The notes beneath the pieces are model-generated. The model made no database searches and was not told the DNA's origin. It saw only the letters and a list, made by a program, of their open reading frames with translations. Position numbers and translations under genes: made by a program. DNA of 64,000 nucleotides from assembly GCA_963804645.1 (NCBI GenBank), contig CAWDRG010000019.1:1-64000 (forward strand), written 5' to 3'. This stretch comes from an uncultured Bacillota bacterium (GTDB lineage: Bacteria > Sysuimicrobiota > Sysuimicrobiia > Sysuimicrobiales > Segetimicrobiaceae). Shown piece after piece: positions 52,449-60,359 of the stretch (position 1 is its first letter; each line of letters starts with the position of its first letter).

Positions 52449-54554
52449 TTTTCCAACGCGCCGAGCGGCTGCGGCCCGACTTCTTCCGCGTCCTTTACGA
52501 CGAGTATGTCGCGCACCTGGTGCCGGAGGCCCGCACGACCTACGCCGCCGCCGTGGCGGGGGTGCGCGAGCGCTTCTCCGAGGTCTGGATCCTGGACGGC
52601 ACGCGCCTGGATGCGGTGGCCCATCGGCTCAAGCTCACCTGGGATGTCCGCTCGCCGTTGTTGCCGGGGTGCCTGCTGGTGTGCTACGACCTGTTCCGCG
52701 GCTTCCCCCGGCGCCTCTCGTTCTGCGCCGATGCCGGCCGGAGCGAACTGCAACACGCGCTCGAGCAGCTCCCCACCATTCCCCAAGAGACGCTGCTCAT
52801 TGCGGATCGACTGTTTGCCTCGGTCAAGCTGGTGGCGGCACTCACGCACGGGAAGGGATGGCTCCTCTGCCGCCGGAATCGTCGGCTCACCCTGCGCCAT
52901 CAGCGCTGGCTGCGCCGCGGCCAGTTCAAGGGCGGCACGCTGATGGAGCGCCTCGTCCTCGTCGGGTCGGGGCAAGGCACCCCGCCCCAGCTGATGCGGC
53001 AGATCCGCTATACCCAACATCGACTGACCATTGATCTCTTGACGTCGGTGCTGGACCCTCGGCGCCTCCCCGCAAAAGACGCGCTGGCATGTTACCGATT
53101 GCGCTGGCAAGTGGAACGGCTGTTTTCGGATCTCAAGGGCGTGCTGGATCTCCATCACTTCTACCTCGCCAGCCCGCGCGGGGTGGCCCAACAAGTCTAT
53201 GTCGCGGCCATGGTGTATGCCGCGATGCGCGTGGCGCAAGCCCGCATTGCCGGGGAGCATGACCTGACGCCGGAGGAGTTGTCGCCCACCAAGCTCTTCC
53301 CGCGCCTTGCCCGGGCCTCGCTCACCTTCGTGCTCGGGGACCTGCATTTTGAGGCGACGCAACAGGTGAATCCCCGCGTGCGTTTAATCAAGCCGGATTG
53401 GTCGGAGCTCCCTCCCATGCAGGTCGCGCTGCCGGATCTCCTCGTCGAACCTCGTCGCGGCAAACGCCGCAAGCGTCGGTTCTGCGCGAGCCGGCACCGG
53501 TGGAAATCGTTCGCGCATGTGCGCGGCGCACGTAAGTTCGAATTATGTTAGCGGCGATGACTCTAAGGCGCCGAAGCGCCAACCAGCGCGGCGGAGTTTG
53601 CATTCCCGGACTCCGCTCTTCGGTCCGGCGGTCACCCGCGTCCGCCATTATCCTACCGCGCATGCGCCTCCCGTGCCAAGCGAGGGACTTGACAATTTCA
53701 TCCGTGGCCTGCGGCGACGAGGCGGGGATCCACTTGATGCCCAGTTGGTGGAGCGCCCGGCCGACTTGCGTCGCGGGTACGGCGCCGGTGAGCTGCTCCG
53801 GCAGCGGCAGGCGCGCCTTGGAATCGGCCTGGAATAGGCCTGCGCGGTCGGTGTAGACGGCGGCGGGCACGCCATACCGTTGAATCAGCCGGCGGATGAG
53901 GAGGAAGTAGCCATGGGCATCTTCCTCAGGGCGAAACACCGTGGCGAGGACGGTGCCGGTCGCATCGTCGATCGCGGCATGGAGGACGAGACGAGGGCCG
54001 CGGTCTTCGAGCCACGGATGGTGGCTGCCGTCCATCTGGACGAGGAGGCCGGCCTGGGGCATGCGCTCGCGACGGCGACGATGCCGGGGCGGCCGCCGGG
54101 TGCGGGGACTACTGATCCCGGCCTTGCGGAGCAGGCGGCGGACGGTGGGGCGCGAGAGCTGGATGGCTTCGCGTTAGTCCAGGAGCTCGGTGAAGTGGGA
54201 GTCATTGCTACCGGCATAGCGGCCTTGGGCCAGTGCCAGGACCCGGGCGCGGATCTTCTCGGCGGTCCGACGCGGTGACGCACGTCCCCGATTGCCATGG
54301 GCGAGGGCGGCCGGGTCGTGCTTGCGCACGCGGGCGAGCAAGCGCCGGACATGCCGGATGGAATGGCCGAGCAGGCGTGCGGCGTCAGGCACCGGCAGTC
54401 GGCCCTCGAGGATCTGTGTGATCACTTGTCCCCGTTGCTGCTCTTTGCTGCTCAACGTCACCATCTCCCTGGTCATGGTGCCAGGGTGACAGAATCACTG
54501 ACCAGTTAGGGGGTGACCAAATCATTGAACAATTACAGCATCGACCTCCGGGCC

Positions 54555-54583
54555 TTGTCTTGCTTGGCGTTTCGCGTTACCAT
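54555..54583 (+). promoter_or_regulatory. Putative sigma70 promoter of tRNA-Arg
   Basis: TTGTCT-N17-TACCAT ending 11 nt before the tRNA. Confidence 0.6.
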
Positions 54584-54594
54584 GACCACGGCGC

Positions 54595-54670
54595 GCGCCC
54601 GTAGCTCAGAGGAGAGAGCGGCTGCCTTCTAAGCAGCGGGTCGGGGGTTCGAATCCCTCCGGGCGCGCCA
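54595..54670 (+). tRNA. tRNA-Arg(TCT)
   Basis: 76-nt cloverleaf: acceptor gcgcccg/cgggcgc, anticodon arm gctgc-ctTCTaa-gcagc, GTTCGAA T-loop, encoded CCA. Confidence 0.97.
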
Positions 54671-54713
54671 AGCTCAGATGGTCCAACCCGGAGACATAGG
54701 TGACAGTTCGTAC

Positions 54714-55895
54714 CTAAGACATGGGTAACACTTTCGGGCCGAACGGATTTTCGAGCGGTTCGAGCACGCGTGTCTCCAGATCAAAGTACCCCAAGTCATC
54801 ATCCATAAAGCTGACCAGCCAGATGTCATCATACACTTCTTTGATGCCGACGGCTTGTCCCACGAAGACTTGGCTGAAGTTGATCTTATGGTTGCCTAGA
54901 CAGATGCGACCGCACTGCGTGACCACGACGGTCTTGTCGTGGAGCGGATAATCGATCTCCGGCAAGCCCGTGTAGGGACGTGGGGAAGGGCGGTAGACTT
55001 GCGCCGGACACTGCATGTCCAGGGCTTCGTGCGGGCGTTCGTTGTTGAAGGTGTCGATAAATTTGTCAAACCGGGCCTGCTGCTGCAGGAGATTGGCCGC
55101 GGCGGGCTTGGTGGCTTCTTTCTTCAACGTGAGGTGCATCCGTTCATGACGGCCGTTCTGCTGGGGATGGCCGGGCTGGATGCGTTCGATGCCAATGCCG
55201 AGGCGTACCCACCAGACCGCCAGTCGGCTCAAGTTGAAGAGGGCGTGCGCGGACGCGAACGGGACGCCGTTGTCGCTGCGGATGTTGGCCGGGAGGCCGC
55301 GCTCCTTAGACAACCGCTCAAACCCTGTAAAGGCATAGGGTTCTTTGGTGGAGGAGAGCGCGTCACAGGCCAGCAGAAACCGGCTGGCGTGGTCGGTGAC
55401 CGTGAGCGGATAGCAGTAGCGGTGATTGCCCAGCAGGAACTCGCCTTTGTAATCGGTGCACCATACTTCGTTCGGACGGTGCCCAAGCGACAAGGGGGTG
55501 CCCTGCGCCCGACGCCGCAGGCGCCCACGACGCTCCACCAGGCCGTGGCGATCCAGCACCGCATGGATCGTGCTCTTCGCGGGGATGGGAATCCCTGCGA
55601 ACCGGCGCGTCAAGCGCTCGCGGATCTTCCGCGCCCCCCAGCTGGCGTGTTCGCGCTTCACAGTGAGGATGTAGTTCTCGACTTGAACGGGCAGTTGGTT
55701 GGCGTAGCGATACGGACGCCGGCTGCGGTCCGTGAGCCCGTGGATGCCGCATTCCTGATACCGATCGAAGAGCTTGTAACCGGTCTTGCGGGAAATCCCA
55801 AACTCTCGGCACAGTTCCGCCATCGACTCACCGGCGAGTCGCCGCGCGACAAACTGCATGCGTTCGTCCATCACCGAACACTCCCTCCAGGGCAT
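54714..55895 (-). CDS. IS481-family DDE transposase
   Basis: MPWRECSVMDER, HTH, rve core (WCTDYKG, SDNG, NGRHER). Confidence 0.93.
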   Translation of the reverse strand: MPWRECSVMDERMQFVARRLAGESMAELCREFGISRKTGYKLFDRYQECGIHGLTDRSRRPYRYANQLPVQVENYILTVKREHASWGARKIRERLTRRFAGIPIPAKSTIHAVLDRHGLVERRGRLRRRAQGTPLSLGHRPNEVWCTDYKGEFLLGNHRYCYPLTVTDHASRFLLACDALSSTKEPYAFTGFERLSKERGLPANIRSDNGVPFASAHALFNLSRLAVWWVRLGIGIERIQPGHPQQNGRHERMHLTLKKEATKPAAANLLQQQARFDKFIDTFNNERPHEALDMQCPAQVYRPSPRPYTGLPEIDYPLHDKTVVVTQCGRICLGNHKINFSQVFVGQAVGIKEVYDDIWLVSFMDDDLGYFDLETRVLEPLENPFGPKVLPMS

Positions 55896-55959
55896 CCGCG
55901 TCCCCCCCTTTAGGGGAGGAAGTGTTACCCATGTGTCCGGTACAACCTGTTACCTATGT

Positions 55960-56770
55960 GTGCAGCCCGTAAAGCCATACACTCAGTCGGTGAGAGTCCG
56001 ACCCGCGGAGTCGCCCAACTTGCCGCGGTAGTGTTGTCCGGCGTCTCGAAGGAGGTGACTCGCGAGACGGAAGCCCGGACGTACAAGTCTCGGCGGCCCG
56101 GCAGAGATATAAAGGCCGCGGTCGGTGGCCCAGGAGACGAGCGATGGATGGGGCCGCAACATGAAGTGAACACTGCAGCGTCGTTATTCAGGCCCACTCA
56201 GAGCTCCGGGAACGGAGTGCTCAGCGCCACAGTGGGAATGAGGGTGCCAAGTTTCTACATAGGGGACGAAGGCCAGTGTGGTTGCGGAAGAAGCTGGGCG
56301 TGTGCACGCAACCAGCCCTCCGGCGTAGGGGTGGCGGCAACATCCAAAGGGTGGATGGTCAAAGCGGGGAAGGGCTCTCACCCGTGAGGCCAGTGATATA
56401 ACCGACTTCACTCGGGAAGTTCACTGGTGGGGGAGAGTCTGGCGCATGAGGCCGTAGGAGCGATGATCGCTCCGATAACAAGGAGCGGGAGCAAAGGGCC
56501 TCTGGGAGCAGGCCAGCGTTGGAGAAGGAGAGGGTGCGGGTGCTGATAACGCGCTCGGGCTACCGCCAAGATCCGGACCGACGCTGTAGGCTGCAGCAAA
56601 CCAATCGCTCCCCAGGTACAGGCTGGGAAGGATCGGGAACGCTGCAACTGAGCGCGTGCTCTTCCAGCCGGATTGGGGAAAACCCGCTATCCGGATGATA
56701 GGGGGCGGGGTGGAACCGTGGTCAGGCTCCTTAACGGTAACCTGACCGGCGCGCCACCCTGCTACCCGAC
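55960..56770 (+). ncRNA. ORF-less group II intron, copy 2
   Basis: Same sequence and same insertion point as 15331-16141 (offset 40629); differences seen at 56210 and 56695. Confidence 0.88.
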
Positions 56771-56972
56771 CTCAGGTTGGAGGGATATAAACAAGGCGTA
56801 CCGCGCGGTCAGCACCCTTCGGAGGGCGCAAAAAAGCAGCGGGCGACGCGGCCTTTGGCTGATCGCATGCAGTTCGCCCAAGTGCATGTCGTTCTCGTGT
56901 GGTTCGCTAACGTCGGTCTGCGTGGTCGGTGCCGGCACCATACTGAACGCCTCTGCCAGTTTGCCCGCATTG

Positions 56973-57097
56973 ATTATGCTAAGCGGGTAGCATATTGTCA
57001 AGAATCAATGCTAGGCGGGTAGCACACTCAGTGGTGGAAAGAGGTCCACTGGGTTCACTGACAGTGGTTGACACTGATGCTAGGCGGGTAGTACGAT
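56973..57097. promoter_or_regulatory. Divergent promoters with three 18-bp operator-like palindromes
   Basis: ATGCTA-N6-TAGYAY at 56976, 57008 and 57077; minus-strand TTGACA-N17-CATAAT; plus-strand TTGACA-N18-TACGAT. Confidence 0.7.
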
Positions 57098-57103
57098 CCT
57101 GCC

Positions 57104-57304
57104 ATGGCGAGGAAGCGAACGGTCTTAAAGGAGAAACGCAAGAAAGACCCTCTCGCTGTGGCCCTGGGTAAACGGGGAGGGCGGGCTCGGGCCAGGAGTC
57201 TGACGAAGGAAGAGCACGTTGCCCTGGCGCGGAAGGCGGCGCTCGCACGCTGGTCCCGCGCGCGTGCCGCCGACAAGCTCTCTCGCGGGGAGCGGGCACA
57301 ATAG
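57104..57304 (+). CDS. Small basic protein (AVALG.RGG.ARA...ARKAA.ARW type)
   Basis: Leaderless ORF directly after the promoter; motif I recall from mobile regions. Confidence 0.7.
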   Translation: MARKRTVLKEKRKKDPLAVALGKRGGRARARSLTKEEHVALARKAALARWSRARAADKLSRGERAQ

Positions 57305-57437
57305 GGCCTTTGAGCAGGGAATCCTGGAGGGTCAGCCGAGGACCAAACGAGAGAGCCAATGGGCTGGCCTGGCATGTCCGGATACGCCGACGAGGTTGAA
57401 GGCGGTCGCGCGAGCGGACCGGAAAGGGCGTCGATCC

Positions 57438-57716
57438 ATGGCGAAGACTTTTCGTGCGAAGTTTACTAAAGGACGAATCGAACCCCGGGAGGCGCTGCAA
57501 TTCCCAGACGACGCTGAATTGATCGTGACAGCTGAGGAGGTCGAGGCGAGCCGCGGCGAGGCTATCGAAGACATCTGGGCCGGATACGACCCAAAGGCCG
57601 TTGATACGGCGATCCGTGAAACCGCCGGAAGTTGGGCCGATGTCGACGCGGCCGCAGTAATCGCAGCGATTTATCGTGCTCGTGAAGAAGGAACTCGACC
57701 ACCGTCGAGGCCATGA
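57438..57716 (+). CDS. DUF104/AF2212-like antitoxin
   Basis: FRAKFTKGRIEP.E.L.FP; tail IYRAREEG.RP. Confidence 0.65.
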   Translation: MAKTFRAKFTKGRIEPREALQFPDDAELIVTAEEVEASRGEAIEDIWAGYDPKAVDTAIRETAGSWADVDAAAVIAAIYRAREEGTRPPSRP

Positions 57717-57790
57717 TTGCCGTGTATTCTCGATGCGGACTGGGTCATTGAGTCCCTTGCCGGTCGCCCGCTCCGTGTCGACACCGTTGT
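57717..57790 (+). pseudogene. PIN toxin N-terminal stub
   Basis: ILDADWVI..L.G, then runs in frame into the nucleotidyltransferase. Confidence 0.5.
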
Positions 57791-57815
57791 GGCGCTTGGA
57801 ACCGGAGGGTCTCGG

Positions 57816-58172
57816 ATGACCGACGAAAGCGTGCAGAGATACCATGGGGACGGTGAACCCGACGACGCGGCCATCGAGGAAATTGTGCGCCGCATCCGCG
57901 CCGTCAGCCGACCCGACCGGATAATTCTCTTCGGCTCGGCCGCGACCGGCCGGATGAGCCGGGACAGCGACGTGGATCTCCTCGTGCTTGAGCGTGAGGT
58001 TGAGGATGCTCGTAGAGATATCATACGTATCCGGGAGGCACTTACCGGGCTTCCATTCCCGTTCGATGTCGTCGTGATGAGCAAAGATCGCTTCGAGGAA
58101 ACTCGCAATGTCATTGGGGGAATCGCCTGGCCGGCGGCCCGGTACGGGCGAGTTATCTATGAGGCCGCCTGA
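57816..58172 (+). CDS. Minimal nucleotidyltransferase (MNT antitoxin)
   Basis: IILFGS.A.G....DSDVDLLV. Confidence 0.88.
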   Translation: MTDESVQRYHGDGEPDDAAIEEIVRRIRAVSRPDRIILFGSAATGRMSRDSDVDLLVLEREVEDARRDIIRIREALTGLPFPFDVVVMSKDRFEETRNVIGGIAWPAARYGRVIYEAA

Positions 58173-58590
58173 GGGAGTTAAGCGCGAGTTCGTTGTCCAA
58201 TGGATCCAGAGCGCCGACGGTGATATGGCGGCCGCAGAACACTTGCTCGGTGGAGGAGCTGAACTTACTCGCGGCGCGACGTTTCATACACAGCAGGCCG
58301 CCGAGAAATTCTTGAAGGCAGCATTGGTCTGGCATCAGGTGGAGTTTCCCAAGAGCCACGACATCGGCCGCCTGACGGATCTGCTGGAGACCGTGGATAC
58401 GCACCTCGCCGATCGCGTTCGCGAGGCGTCTGTTCTGACCCCCTACGCTGTCGAGGCACGCTACCCGAGTGACCTTCCGAGACCGACCCTTGCCCAGGGA
58501 CGAGAGGCCCTTGCGATCGCTAAGCGCGTTCGCGATACTGTGCTCCAGCACCTTGCACCCGTGCTTGGATCAGACAAGAGCCAGCAGTAG
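58159..58590 (+). CDS. HEPN domain protein
   Basis: FH.QQAAEK.LKA, PKSHDI..L, YAVEARYP. Confidence 0.88.
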   Translation: MRPPEGVKREFVVQWIQSADGDMAAAEHLLGGGAELTRGATFHTQQAAEKFLKAALVWHQVEFPKSHDIGRLTDLLETVDTHLADRVREASVLTPYAVEARYPSDLPRPTLAQGREALAIAKRVRDTVLQHLAPVLGSDKSQQ

Positions 58591-58699
58591 TATCCCTACC
58601 ATAAAAAGGTTTCATTGCTCGATCCTGTTGGACAGCGCCGGGTCGGGCCGCGGTCGGCACGGAACTGCTTGCAGCAGATGGGGTGTTATTCGGTCGTGG

Positions 58700-58865
58700 T
58701 GGTACTCGAAGTGGTACTGACTTGGGGGGCGGGTGCGCTGGCCAGCAGTCGTTGCAGCGAAATGGATTGTATCTGAACCCGCCGGAGAGGGTCTTGTTCT
58801 TGTGCGTGGATGAGAAAGCCAGATCCACGCGCTGGACCGCACGCAGCCCTCGGTTGCCGATGGCA
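58700..58865 (+). pseudogene. IS630 transposase fragment
   Basis: GLYLNPPE....LCVDEK. Confidence 0.6.
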
Positions 58866-58866
58866 C

Positions 58867-60048
58867 TCAAAACTCTGGAAGAGCGTCTAGATTGTTTGGC
58901 ACGAAATCATCAGCCACGGTTTGCAAGTACCACTGCACGACGGCCACGTTCGCGCGCCTACCATCGACCAATGTGTAGAATGTCGCAAGTGCACCGTTAA
59001 TCATCGCGACGACATCGAACTCCGGTAGCTCCCAGCGACCCTGGCTTCCCGATCCGGGGCCGCTGACGGCTTGAATGTAACGGCCATCAGCGACCTTTCT
59101 GACCGAATCGATCTGGTAATCACCGGGCGGCAAAGGAGCGGACGGCGGTGACGGGATCATGCACGCGCCCGCGGACGTCGAAAAATATGAGCTCACAGTA
59201 GTACCGTTGATGACCCCAGATGAACAGCAGACGTCACAGATCTCGTTCCAACTGCTGGAGTTTCTCGGATTCACCTGTACGGCGTCGCCATGAGGATCGG
59301 TCAACGACTCGACGAGTTCGTGCGAGAATATGAACGTCATCGTGCTCAGCGCAGCGGCATAGCTGACGTATCCATAGTTGACCTGATTGCCACCGCTGTC
59401 GGTGAAAAACGAATGCTCTCCTTGAGGCCCGCTTGGGTTGAAGCCTGGCGGCATGAAGATCATAAGGAGAGACCAGTAAACGTTATCCGGTCCAAGGTTC
59501 GGCGTATTGTAGATCGCGATCGCCTCGTTCGCGACGGTTTGAAGCGAAAACGGGTTGTTTGGCGGATTCGTTGGAATAACGAGTGGCGGTCCCACGATGT
59601 TAAATCCCCAGGTGATGTCATTGCCGCCTGAGTAGTCGGAAAGGCCGTCGAAATAGCTGTAGGTGCCAAACGTCGTTGTGGTCTTGTCTGAAAGCGCCGC
59701 GACTGAAGCGAAAATATTTCCGACCCCGGGCGATAGAGACGAGTTGGTCCACGCGCTGCCCCAGAAGACGCAGAGGACCTCGGCCCATCCGATCACATTG
59801 CCGCCGCCAACGGACACGGTGGTTCCGGCTGGGGCGTCGCAGCCACTGTGAAAGGTTGCCGCACCGCCTCGTTCGCTCGGCTGGATTGGAGCAGGATGGA
59901 GCCCCGATGCGGGTAATCGAGCGATGCCACTTGCAGATGGCAGCTGCGAGCCCCCAACTCCGGTTACGACCGCTGTCCGATAAGGTGGATGCGCCCAGGC
60001 TCTGAGTTGCCCCAGCCGCTTCTCGCGGGATGGCATGTTCGTAGGCAT
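58867..60048 (-). CDS. Hypothetical protein: HE..E..TDP domain plus C-terminal DUF3892-like domain
   Basis: SHELVESLTDP, EICDVC; tail YLQTVAD....NNLDALPEF. Confidence 0.65.
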   Translation of the reverse strand: MPTNMPSREKRLGQLRAWAHPPYRTAVVTGVGGSQLPSASGIARLPASGLHPAPIQPSERGGAATFHSGCDAPAGTTVSVGGGNVIGWAEVLCVFWGSAWTNSSLSPGVGNIFASVAALSDKTTTTFGTYSYFDGLSDYSGGNDITWGFNIVGPPLVIPTNPPNNPFSLQTVANEAIAIYNTPNLGPDNVYWSLLMIFMPPGFNPSGPQGEHSFFTDSGGNQVNYGYVSYAAALSTMTFIFSHELVESLTDPHGDAVQVNPRNSSSWNEICDVCCSSGVINGTTVSSYFSTSAGACMIPSPPSAPLPPGDYQIDSVRKVADGRYIQAVSGPGSGSQGRWELPEFDVVAMINGALATFYTLVDGRRANVAVVQWYLQTVADDFVPNNLDALPEF

Positions 60049-60297
60049 GAACGTTCCCCCTCGCTACTAGTGTGGGGTGCATCTCCTCGAAGAGGCTTCA
60101 GCAATGGGACGCTCCAAGCGCTTAGCTTTGCGCTTATTGTACAGCATCTCGCGAGAAAAATGCCCTGCAAATGCACGGTAGTTTGCGGGGGTCACCTCGA
60201 GTCGCCTTGAGTCGGACTGATTCGTCAGACATACACACTGAATCGTGCTGAACCTGGGCGGGTCGCCCGCAGTTCTCACCAACCACGCGCCTTCTCA

Positions 60298-60326
60298 CGG
60301 GGGTTCGAATCCCTCCCGGCGAGCCA
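60298..60326 (+). repeat. Degenerate tRNA-Arg 3'-end relic 1
   Basis: cgggggttcgaatccctcccggcgagcca, 27/29 to the tRNA 3' end. Confidence 0.75.
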
Positions 60327-60359
60327 GTCTGTTCAAAGATTTGCGAATCGATGGTTTGT

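Larger units (their letters stand above)
50470..53559 (+). mobile_element. IS4-family element (third layer); transposase split 50574-50850 and 52449-53551
   Basis: 20-bp imperfect IRs cagcgccactaagataattt; 11-bp TSD actctaaggcg; ILDGT, IADR, Y..RWQVERLF..LK. Confidence 0.88.
48977..53705 (+). mobile_element. IS110-family element (second layer)
   Basis: Removal restores PQAKGR of the outer transposase; subterminal IR atgaaatt/aatttcat. Confidence 0.82.
48397..54537 (-). mobile_element. IS1202-like (ISNCY) element, outer layer of the nest; transposase split 54476-53706 and 48976-48477 with stop/frameshift
   Basis: TGT...ACA ends with internal repeats; 17-bp TSD gcatcgacctccgggcc (48380-48396, 54538-54554); QMDGS.H.W, IDDAT, SPQA|KGRVER rejoin across the insert. 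Confidence 0.88.
54680..56783 (-). mobile_element. IS481-like element copy 2 (intact transposase, contains group II intron)
   Basis: Near-identical to 12667-16154 minus the IS256; starts 9 nt after the tRNA CCA. Confidence 0.9.
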
